Assembly (NCBI GenBank): GCA_051047955.1
Contig: JBPGPT010000046.1
Location: 1 to 64,000, forward strand
Direction: 5' to 3'
DNA: 64,000 bases
Origin: Cystobasidiomycetes sp. EMM_F5
Lineage: Eukaryota
Below the pieces are notes generated by a model, which searched no databases, was not told the origin of the DNA, and saw only the letters and a list, made by a program, of their open reading frames with translations. The position numbers and the translations under genes were made by a program. This document shows positions 12,504-23,050 of the stretch, piece after piece. Position 1 is the first letter of the stretch, and each line of letters opens with the position of its first letter.

Positions 12504-14448
12504 ATGGCAAAGACACACGTTCCAGTCGCCGACGCCGTCGACGCAGCCATGGCAAAGGACGCCCGGCCAGGAAATATGACGGAGGACGGCATCACTGTTC
12601 TGGATATGTCGTGAGTTCTTGACGTCCGTACATACCTGGTCGATCTGAATTGCCAGACCGCCAGCTACTACCAATTGCTGGGAATACGAGCAGATGCGAC
12701 TGATGCTCAGATAAAGTCTGCCTACAAGAAGGCTGCTCTCAAGGTGAGTGTTGGGGTTTGTGCTCGGCAGCGTCATTTCAGGCGCTGAATTGTGATTGAC
12801 GTGGCTGGTGTCGACGGTATACAGCATCATCCAGGTAAGCAGCACATTGCATGCTTACAAACGCCCATGTATGGCTCACCCCTTTCCTGCCCTGCACAAC
12901 AGACCGAAATCGTGATGATCCAACCGCCGAAAAGCGGTTTCAGGAGATTGGCGAAGCATTTCAAGTACTGTCAGACGGTAACCTACGACACATCTACGAC
13001 CGTAAAGGCAAAAAGACTGCCGAAGCGCATGCCGAGGAGACGTTCCAGGATCCTGGACAGCTATTTGCGACGCTGTTTGGGGGAGAGCGTTTTGTAGACT
13101 GGATTGGCGAGATTAGTCTGGGCAAGGATTTCAGCAAACTGGCAGACATTTCCATGACGGAGGAAGAGAAGGAACAGGTTGCAAAGGAGGAAGCGGCGGC
13201 ATTAACTGCCAGACGGAATAATGCAACTGGTACATCTACCCCTGTGTCGGTTATCCCAGCAGCGAGTGCGATACCGGCCACAACAGCTACCACAGCAGCT
13301 TCATCACCAATGCCTGCAGCGTCATCGACTCCTTCTGTTGCGTCGAATGAACCGACAGTAGCGGCATCTCTTGATGTACACAAGGCGAATGGAGGTAGTG
13401 AGAACAACGGTGCGACCACACCCACGCCCAGTCCCATAGCATCTGCAGTGTCGAAAGCCAACAGCAAGCAGTCTTCCAAGATGAGTGCAGAACAACGCAA
13501 GCAATTGGAAGCGCTCGCACAAGAGCGGAAAAGGGCGGAAATTGAGCGAATTCAGGGTTTGACAAACAAGCTGAAAGACAGGATACGCCCGTACGTTGAA
13601 GCAGAATCATCGTCTGGCAGATCGGATGCGGAGAAACAGGAAGAGATTCGAAAGTGGGAAGCGAGATTGCGAGAGGAGATTGAAGATCTCAAGGAGCAGA
13701 GTTTTGGATTCGAGCTGTGCAAGCTGATTGGTCAAATCGTGAGTGCAAAGTAATGCCACTTGTATTTCTGAAATTATGTTCGTCTAATTCTCTCTCGTCT
13801 CCCCCTTTCAAAAAGTATGTCACGAAATCTGCAAACTACCTCAAAGCGCACAAGTCACCCGTGTCAAACTTGTTTGGCATCAGTACGTGGTGGGGGCGGA
13901 TGAAGGACAGAGGCGCAACGGTGAAAGAAGGCTGGTCGTTCCTTTCTTCGACGCTTGACGTACAGAGCGCCATGACTGCCATGGAGAAGCAACAAGCTGC
14001 ACTTGGCGATAATCCGAGCGAAGCGGATATGGCCAAGATGGAAGAAGCCATCATGGGCAAAGTCATGCTTGTCACTTGGGTAAGCCATCGTTTCGAAGAG
14101 TCTGATTCTGCAAAATCATTCTTCTGACTTTGCCAAACGCCGACAGAGAGGGACACGCTTCGAGGTCGCTTCCGTGCTACGACAAGTTATTGAAGGAGCT
14201 TTGACAAAAGAGCCAGGAGTGTCGCAAACTACAATGGTGATACGAGCGAAAGCCATTCTCGTCATTGGCTCAATATTACAGAATGTCAAGGTGGACGAGT
14301 CCGATGAGGAACGACGGGAGATGGAGAGGTGAGAGACAATAGGTCAGTGTCTGCGGAAGGAGTAGGCTGATGCAATGCTTTTCGCCAAAGATTGGTGGCT
14401 GCTGCTGCACAGAAGAAGCCAAAGAAGGGTAGCAAGCAGAAGGCTTAG
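12504..14448 (+). CDS. DJP1: DnaJ/J-domain protein with C-terminal DnaJ-X domain (DJP1/CAJ1 type)
   Basis: Spliced J-domain YYQLLGI..DAQIKSAYKKAALK-HHPDRN..AEKRFQEIGEAFQVLSD..R..YD, then FGGERFVDWIGEISL, LKEQSFG and W(R)GTRFEV. Stop at 14446-14448. Confidence 0.85.
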
Positions 14449-14680
14449 CTTCTTTCCTATCGCCATCACGTGGAACATGCCGGACTGTGGTCTCTCGATA
14501 CTCTAATAATGCTTCGTAATGAGGAAATGCTGTAATGCTTGTGTTGTCACCACCATATACCTAGATCAACGAGGCTACTAGCTCGTTGCGAAATGACAGA
14601 ATTACCGATACCTGCCATACAAGTCCTGTTGCCGGGACCCATCGTCCACTGCCTTACAGTTTGCTCGAACTACCATGTAG

Positions 14681-16269
14681 TCAGTTGTCGACTTCTACGT
14701 AGGCTCGGTATGCTACCATGCTGCCTTCAAACTCTACTGGCGTTCCAGCACCGACAAAGAAGGTCTGTCCCGCTTCCTCGATTGGCAGGCTCCCTCCTTG
14801 AAACTTGAGGTTGCCACTCCCCTTCAGTTCAGTGACAATGAGGATGCTTGGCCCATCGACAGCCGGATGTTTTTCCGAACCAGACTCTAGCGTATCGACG
14901 AGGAGGACTGAAAACTCTTCGATGGGAGGATTGTACTCTGTCGTGTGTTTTGCGGGCGAACGGAACGGTTTCGGCGTCATTTGTTGAGAATCTGCGGGAC
15001 CGTACGTATATGTGAGCATGGTTGTGAGCGTCTCTACGTCCCGCAGCTTTGGTGTCAGTCCAGCTCGAACAACATTGTCGGAAGTAGCCATGCATTCGAT
15101 AATATCTAGTCGAGAGAGCTGATCAGCTTGCATGTTGCAGAAAATCAGAAGACGGGGACGTGCTCACCTCCTGTCAGGTAGGCATGCGGTTCATTTGCCT
15201 TTAGGAAAACAGCTTCTCCCTTCTTGAGCGTAACGACATTGAGCATGTATGTGCAAAACACGCCAACGTCATCCGGGAATTGCTCGTTGAGTCTGACAGC
15301 GAGCTCCTCGACACTCCCCGGCTGCATGTCCGCACTGTTCTGCTTGCCCGTTTCCTTCTGATACCTCTGAATCAGCTTTCCTAGCTCCTGTTTGACCAGA
15401 GCTGGATCCGCCTTCATCAGAGCGGTAAAGAGCTCTTTTAACGCTTTTTGCAATTCGAAATATTCGCTCGATGGACTTTCGGCTGGGGGAGAACGCTCGA
15501 GAAGAGAGGGAGATGCTGATTCAGTAGCACTGATAAACGCCTTGCTGGCACTGTCCGAGACGACAGCAGCGAATTCTGGAACAGTCTTGAGAAAGTTTAC
15601 GATTTGCGGAAGTGGTCTGAAACCGCAGAATCCGGAAAAGTCGGTCAAGGCGATGGCCATCTCCGGCTGTGGTATAATAGAGTAGAAGGTAGAGTGATAA
15701 ATTCACATAAGCGAAGGCATCCTGGAGAATCCAGTCTCTTCATTACCTTGTGATTGTCATCTATTCATTCATGACCTCAATTTAGCGGATAGTACAACAG
15801 CAGAACGAGATGTTGCCCCCGCCTACCCTTGTACACATCTGGCTTGTCCTTGAAGAGCTTCTGAGCGAGCTTCTTGTCTGGGTGAGCCTGGATGGACAGT
15901 GCTTTCCCGATAGCGAGGACCTTGAACAGGAAGGGGAGCTTGTCTGAATTGTAGTGCTTCCTCACGCTGTCGCCTAGGAGGGAATGGTCATTTGCCAGGA
16001 CGTCCTTGAGCGATGTACCTTCCGACGCGACTTTTGAAGGCAGTGTAGGATGATCTCCCATCCACAGCTGCAATTTCAAAGACAGCATCAGGCGTATGTC
16101 TGAGTGATAATCTGGACAGACCCACCTCGGCGTAAGGCTTGCTCTCGTCGTACTTGAACCCGGGAATCTGTTTTCCAAACTGTGCGCACTTTGAGCCATC
16201 CCTGCCGAGCGTACCCCAGTCATACGACTGCACGCCGCCGTGGATCTGGAATACTGGCTGCGATGGCAT
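14681..16269 (-). CDS. PMI40: Mannose-6-phosphate isomerase, type I
   Basis: Motifs QSYDWG, PYAE-LWMGDHP, LPFLFKVL..KALSIQAHPDK, YKDDNHKPEMAIALT, ANEPHAYL and ECMATSDNVVRAGLTPK. Confidence 0.96.
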
Positions 16270-16670
16270 ATTTGTAGATATCTCAAAGTGAGCGCGGGTG
16301 GTGTATGCGACACAAACACCTGCACGCTCTGTACGCGAGAGGCAATACGCGATCGACGTGGACTATTGCTTGTTGACGAGCTTCAAACAAGGTCTGCTTT
16401 GTTTAATGCACACAAGAGATGGCATCCACAACGAAGCAAGCTGGATGCTGTCGAGTCGAGTCGAGTCTGACAATTCCACCAATTGCAGGACTTGTAAATT
16501 GAAGGATGGCAGCTCGACACTAATTCAGATCAAAGCTGCAATGAGCCTGTATCCTAGTACTGCATCATACAGTAGACCTGTTAATCCTCTGCCTCTGTCG
16601 CTTATTGCTTAGACCTGTCTAGCTGCAATGACCGCATGTCGCCGGCTGATCGCTGTATGTTCCCGATGGC

Positions 16671-16692
16671 AGCCAGCCAGCCAGCCAGTCAG
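16671..16692 (+). repeat. Short (CCAG)n microsatellite upstream of CHS4
   Basis: Sequence agccagccagccagccagtcag. Confidence 0.6.
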
Positions 16693-16861
16693 CTTCCTGT
16701 ACAACACCCTGTTGGCAACTGCCCAGCCTGTCTGTGGTTTGGTTTCCGAGCTGCGGCGTGTCCGTAAACACTGCAGCAGTCTCCACAGCAAAGACTAGCC
16801 ATCGCCCGTCAAGACCAATCCTCACGGATCCTTTTCAGACGCATCGCAGTATTGCGCTCGC

Positions 16862-19777
16862 ATGTCGGCAGCAGCGTCCCCGCCTCACCAGCCTCACTAT
16901 GGAGTTGCACCAGGCCAGTTTGTACCAAGTCCCAGCGCAAACAGCTTGACGAGCCTGCGGGGGCAGCAACCGGCGAATCCACAGCAAAACGGCTGGCTCC
17001 AGCCCCAGTCCAACGAGTCCACGCTCAGACGGCAGGGAACGCAGTACACGCAGGCAACCCAGCACTCGGTGTACAGCCAGGACAGCTACAGCGAGCCAGA
17101 CAAACGGGCGAGCTATCCCGAAGGTGCGCTTGAACGTAATGCCCAAAGTGGATACACGGGTCGCAACTTTGGTCTGAGTGTTCGGATTACTGACGGAGTG
17201 ATTGACTACATTCTCTCCCTTTGTGTGCGATGCATACCAAACTACGTCAAATTACCGTTATCAGACCTCTCAAACAGCCCGGTACGAGAGCAGCCGCAAC
17301 ACCCCAGCGGCGCGACAAGCGGGAACGCTCACAGATCGTACCCTGGCTCATCGACTGCGCGGAATGGGAGTATAGACGCAACAAATGTCTCGACTATCGA
17401 TTTCACTGCGCTGAGCCTGAATGACCAAAACCACGACCAACCTACGCCGCTCATCCGACAACGGCAGTACTCACAACCTTTGCCTGTTCCCACACAATCA
17501 TACTCACACCATCCTCCGCCACCTACGCCTGCTCAACTTATCGCTGCAGACTATCAACGCTCCCACTCTCGGCAGGCTCGACATCCCCCGAATCGCGCAA
17601 TGTCGGTAAACTCAAACTTTTCCGATTCTCAGCTCACGCAAGGTGCAGGACAACCGTCGAATCAGCAGTCGTTTGATGAGGTCTATCATAATTCACGCGA
17701 TAGTGACGGCTTGCAATACGAACATGCAGCTGGTCCGCCTTCGACATCTAGCGTACCCTACGGTACTCCGCAAGAAGCGGGGGCAGGGTATGACCCGCAA
17801 TACGGTCCTCACAATGGATATGACAGCCATGGACATATATATGATCCGCATGGTCAGCAGCGATCATCTGGATACGGCAGTCCCGAAAACGCCAAGCTGT
17901 TCGTAGACCCTCATACTGGGCAGCAATATCCATACCCTCCAGGTCAATATGATCAGCATGCACAGTATGGGTACGGAGGACCTGTTCCTGGCCCGTCGAA
18001 TCAGCCATACCAGCCATACCCGGTTCAACATCAAGGCAATGTCGGGCAGTGGGGCGATCCGTATGCAGCAGGTGGTGCACTGACCAACGCCTATGGCATG
18101 CAAGGGTACCCTCAGCCTGGTTTCGACCCATATCAAGGGCATGGCAGCGGTGCTCCTGGCTCTGGCGCAGGTTCAGAAGCTCATCGTATGGTATCAGGCG
18201 CAAGTTCAATGAGCAGTCTTCAACATCCATCGCTCAACCGTAATCGGACAACGACGAGTGGGAAAACATCTACATCTGCCGCGTCTGCTTCCGAGCGTGA
18301 CAAACCACCCATTACCAAAGTCGCCGTAGACGAATATCGTAATCGCATCAAGAATGATATGGACGCAGAGACGCAGTTCAACTTTGCCCGATTCCTCATT
18401 GAAGCCGCTAGGCGTCTGGCGGTGGCAGAAAAGCAGGGAACAATGTCAAAAGACGAGGATTTCAAAAGCGTAAAAAAGTATAGGGATTCGCTGCTTCAAG
18501 AAGCGCTAAAACTCATCAAGCGCCTCGCGACACAAGGAAACGGTCTTGGGAAACCTGCATATGCCGATGCGCAATTCTTTCTTGCCAACTGTCTTGGCCA
18601 TGGCGCGCTGGGACTCGCTATCGACCACGAGAAGGCGTACAATCTGTACGTGCAGGCGTCCAAGCAGAATCATCCGGCTGCTACATACCGGACGGCTGTA
18701 TGCAACGAAGTAGGAGCAGGGACGCGCAGAGATCCAGCTCGTGCTGTCTTGTTTTATCGGAAAGCGTCAGCGCTGGGCGATACGGCCGGCATGTACAAGC
18801 TCGGCATGATACTTCTGAATGGCTTGCTGGCTCAACCAAAGAACCCGAGGGAGGCTGTCATGTGGCTCAAGAAGGCAGCCGCTCAAGCCGACGAAGAGAA
18901 CCCGCACGCACTGCATGAGCTGGGCGTCTTGTATGAGAAACAGCAGGAATTTACGACTAATGGTCAGCCTGTACCCGCTCCCGTCATACGCGACGAGGCA
19001 CAAGCTAGAGAATTCTACACCCAAGCTGCCCAGTTGGGCTATCCTCCCAGCCAATACAAGATGGGGTCCAGCTACGAGTACGGAGTTCTGACGTGTCCAG
19101 TTGACCCACGAAGATCTATAGCTTGGTATAGTGTGCGTGGCAACGTATTGTGAATACATGCGTGATGCTGATGTTTTCAATTCTTAGCGTGCAGCCGAGA
19201 AAGGGCATGCCGAAAGCGAGCTGGCATTGAGCGGATGGTACCTAAGTAAGCAACCTTGCCGCCGCTCACCTGACTGTTCATGCTGACGCGTATCATTCTG
19301 CAGCCGGTAGTCAAGAGTGCGTGTGCGGGATCATTCGTGCATAAATGCATAGCTAATCTATCGTTCGAAATCGACGCAGCGTGTTGAAGCAAAGCGATAG
19401 CGAAGCTTACCTATGGGCACGGAGAGCAGCCAACAAAGGTCTTTCAAAGGCTGAGTATGCTGTTGGGTGGGTAAAGCTTAACTAGATATGTACGCTTCGC
19501 TGAATATTCTTTATTCCTACAGATACTACGCGGAGACTGGCATCGGAGTCAAGATTGATGTAGACGAGGCTAAGACATGGTACCTTCGCGCTGCAGGTGC
19601 GATCTTGTTTCAGTCTGCACAGAGAAATGCTGATCTGTGGCGTCCTGCGTTGCAGCGTCTGGTAACAAGCGAGCAATGCAGAGACTGTCGGAGCTAAAGA
19701 AGCTTGGAGCTAAGAAGGCTGGCACTGGACAACGACCTACGCGCCAACAAGCACAAACAGAATGTATCATATCTTGA
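16862..19777 (+). CDS. CHS4: Chitin synthase activator with SEL1-like repeats and a C-terminal CaaX box
   Basis: Low-complexity Q/P/G/Y N-terminus, then SEL1 repeats (YADAQFFLANC, ASKQNHPAATYRTAVCNEVGAG, AMYKLG-like GMYKLG, PHALHELG, SELALSGWYL, KAEYAVG). Ends ECIIS* (stop 19775-19777). CHS4/SKT5/CSR family. Confidence 0.92.
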
Positions 19778-20383
19778 TAGTCGGGCCGCGTTCTTCAAAG
19801 GCGAGACGGGCAATTTACGTCTTCTTCCTCTCCAAGCATTGACAGGTGTCGTTGAATACCACCAGAGGCTGATATAGCTGACACTCGGACAATTGAGAAT
19901 AGTAGCGCTGACTGGGACGCCGGAGTCCCGTTTATCCCATGCTTGACATTCAGTCATGACCTTGCGTGTGCAGATCAATTTCTCGAGTCTGGCACAGACG
20001 CAACTATATTGCATTGCATTGCGACAATGTCGCTGACGGTCGACAATGGCGCGCACAAACTGCTGAACATCTAACGGGCGAAGCTGCACCGGTACTGTAT
20101 ATCGATACATAATCGGCAGTACGCCAACAATGCGATGTACAGCGCGGCGTAGGGCAGTGTCAGGGCTCACTAAGCTCACGAATGCAGTCGGCAGAGTCTA
20201 CACAGCTCTCAGTAGCGTATCTTGTTCGACTTATATTCTTCGGCAGTGGCTGTGTTGCCACTTCGGCTTTACTGCAGACCGAGAAGCATGACATGATATT
20301 TATAACTGGTTTAGCGACCATCCCACAGCATGACGGCAGTGCCAACAACACCGCTCAATCGTCATATACCTCGCTGACAGTCG

Positions 20384-20390
20384 TATAAAA
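20384..20390 (+). promoter_or_regulatory. TATA box of the small secreted protein gene
   Basis: TATAAAA followed by a pyrimidine-rich stretch, about 100 nt upstream of ATG 20491. Confidence 0.55.
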
Positions 20391-20490
20391 GCCAGTCCAT
20401 GTGCCCTTCTCTCTTCTTTTTCTCATTCACATTCAAACCTCTTTGACGATATCTTACAGTAGCGCCAAGACACCTCACTATTCGTACATC

Positions 20491-21115
20491 ATGAAGACCA
20501 TCAGCACCGTAGCCGTAGTCTTCGCCCTCTTCGCATCTTTATCAGCTGCCTCGCCTGTCAAACGCAATGCGGTACTTTCATTCGACGACAGCTCTCCGTC
20601 AATCCACTATTACCCATCGTCGAAATGGCATCATTTGACTGGCTTGGGCAGCACATATATGGCAGGCACCGAATCATACTCGGACAATGTTGGCGATGCA
20701 TACTATACGTTCACTGGCTATAACCTTCCCTTTGGTATCAGTGCTGCGAAGAAAGCCGACCGTGGTCTGTTCATCGGTGGGTCATGATGACATATAGTAG
20801 CCGGGCTCCAACAATTCTGACCACCTTGTACTATAGTTTTCGCTAACGATGTGTACGTGGGTACGGGGGATGCACACGGTACCTGCACTGGAAATAACTG
20901 CCCTTCCGTGGAGGTTTTCGCCGGAAAGTAAGACTCCTGAAATTCCCGTGCATGCTTTTAGCCTTGTTCTAATAGCTCATACTCTCAGCGCAACTGGCCT
21001 CGGTAACGGAGGTGCAGTCAACATCACTGTACGCAACGTTGCCTACGACCAGCGTATCAACGGCACACCTTATCTTGGCTTCGATGCTGCCTTCTTCTAC
21101 TCCATCCACCAATGA
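20491..21115 (+). CDS. Small secreted protein (signal peptide, KR propeptide site, predicted beta-sandwich domain)
   Basis: MKTISTVAVVFALFASLSAASPVKR-NAVLSFDDSSPSIHYYPSSKW. Three exons join in frame (introns 20777-20836 and approx. 20929-20988). Contains a CTGNNC pair and ends GFDAAFFYSIHQ*. Confidence 0.75.
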
Positions 21116-21278
21116 GCGCGGGAGAACAAGCCTACGATCTTATTTTTCGGCGTACAAGGCCATTTCAAACAAACGGACAATCGAACAAATTTGAGTAATC
21201 TAGCATTTCATAATATCTTGTATTTAAGAACCTGTGTAGCCAGACGAGACCCTTACAGATGCAAGAAGTTTTTGCTGA

Positions 21279-21881
21279 TTATGACGGCGCGATTTTGAGA
21301 TGATTCTGTTGCCGATTCTCGCCCGCAGCCTCTTGCATATGCTGTGCATGCAGAATGAAGGCAATTTTCTTTGCTTCGTATTGAGCGGACGTTGTCATCT
21401 CGAATGTGATACTGCCATCCGTAGCCTTGCCGCTTGACAATTCAGCCTCGGAGATCCAGTAGAAGGCTGAATGTTCTTCAGGATTGAGTATGACGATTGG
21501 AGGCATGCCTTTGTCCATGGTGAGATTATCGACTTCCACGATGAAGGACAACTTGATCCAATTCTCGTCTCCGCTTTGCAAAATGTCCTTGTTGCCAACC
21601 GTACATACCACTCGAGTGGCAACGAGACCAGCTTCTTCCTGCAACTCCCGTACAAGGCCGTGCAGGATAGTCTCATCTTCTGCATCGACTCCCCCTCCAG
21701 GAGTTTCCCACAGATTCGGTAGGAACGTCTCGCTTGCAGCTCGTTTCACGATGAGTAGCCTGTTATCGTGAAAGACGAAAGCCCCGGTAGCTACGTGTGT
21801 ATATTCTGGGTTTTGACGGAGGAAAGTGTGCAGCGATATAGCGAAGGGCTTGACAGCGTCGTCGAATGTGAAGGGAGTCAT
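21279..21881 (-). CDS. NUDIX hydrolase, copy 1 (intronless)
   Basis: Nudix box WETPGGGVDAEDETILHGLVRELQEEAGL and downstream LNPEEHSAFYWI. Confidence 0.9.
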   Translation of the reverse strand: MTPFTFDDAVKPFAISLHTFLRQNPEYTHVATGAFVFHDNRLLIVKRAASETFLPNLWETPGGGVDAEDETILHGLVRELQEEAGLVATRVVCTVGNKDILQSGDENWIKLSFIVEVDNLTMDKGMPPIVILNPEEHSAFYWISEAELSSGKATDGSITFEMTTSAQYEAKKIAFILHAQHMQEAAGENRQQNHLKIAPS

Positions 21882-22158
21882 GGCGTGCGTAGTGTTTGTG
21901 CACCTTTTGATGTAGCCGCAGTCTTGCAGGCTTACGAATGGGTTGAATGAAGCAGAGGGTGCATGGGCACTGTCAACAGGTCAAAGAGGGAAAAACAAAG
22001 CCAAGAACATCTACTTACGCACTGTGGCCTTCATTGTCACGAGTACAAATGTACTGCTGCGCTTCTGCTTTACCGTTCGTCGAGAGTGGCGTCCCGTCGG
22101 ATGCTCGTCCTGCGCACGGGCCCTCTGTGTCGGTGGAGGAGTGAGAAATTTTGCAGAG

Positions 22159-22710
22159 TCAAGACTGATGTCGGAGAGTGAAGGCCAATCTCATCAGGGC
22201 ATACTGCTCTGGCGAAGTTATGTCAAATGTAATCTTTCCGTCATCTGAGTCGCCGTGGATGAGTTCCTTTTCCGAGATCCAGTAGTAGGCCTGATGCTCC
22301 TTGGGATCTAGTCTGACAGCCAGTGCCTCCGTAGAGGAATCATTCTCCACTTCGACTATGAAGGATGCCTTGATCCACCTCTTGTAGTTGTGCTTGCCTG
22401 TCATGAAACGCGTGCCATTACCCAGTTGACGCACGACTCGCTTGACAACGAGTCCGGCCTCTTCACGCACTTCCCTTGCCAAGCCGTGCAGAATAGTTTC
22501 ATCCTCGGCATCCACCTGTCCGCCAGGAACCTCCCAGAGGTTCGCTCCGAACCCACGCTCTTCAGCAGAGCGCTGGACGATGAGTAGTTTATCGTTGTGA
22601 ATGATGAATGCGCCAGTCGCTACGTGCGTATTTTGCGGATTCTCGCGCAGAAACTGGCTCAGCGGAATAGCCAAGTCTGCGACGCTATTTCCGTACTCCA
22701 GCGCGGACAT
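22159..22710 (-). CDS. NUDIX hydrolase, copy 2 (intronless, tandem paralog)
   Basis: Nudix box WEVPGGQVDAEDETILHGLAREVREEAGL and LDPKEHQAYYWI. Co-linear similarity to the 21279-21881 protein. Confidence 0.9.
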   Translation of the reverse strand: MSALEYGNSVADLAIPLSQFLRENPQNTHVATGAFIIHNDKLLIVQRSAEERGFGANLWEVPGGQVDAEDETILHGLAREVREEAGLVVKRVVRQLGNGTRFMTGKHNYKRWIKASFIVEVENDSSTEALAVRLDPKEHQAYYWISEKELIHGDSDDGKITFDITSPEQYALMRLAFTLRHQS

Positions 22711-23050
22711 TGCAGAATGATTAGTCGTTTAGCGAATAAGAATGGCTTCGGCGTCAAATTGACCTCTGGTCAAACCGGCGCGCAAGCTGATCACGATAAA
22801 TGACGATGACCTTGTTTGCGGACCTGGCAACCGCCGACGCAAGCTCCGAATATCTGATTCTTGAAAGCCTTGCGCATGTCTTCACGGCTGCCCACTGCCT
22901 TCGCACTGGTCATATTCCGGCAGTCGGCCTGAGTTTGAGCTCTGGTCAAAGGGCCTGTTACCCTTGAAAGGCAGAGTACGAATTTCAAATACGGACGACA
23001 TACCCGAACACCATCAAGTATCACAGCGCACGCCAGTCTCGGCGCACGAA

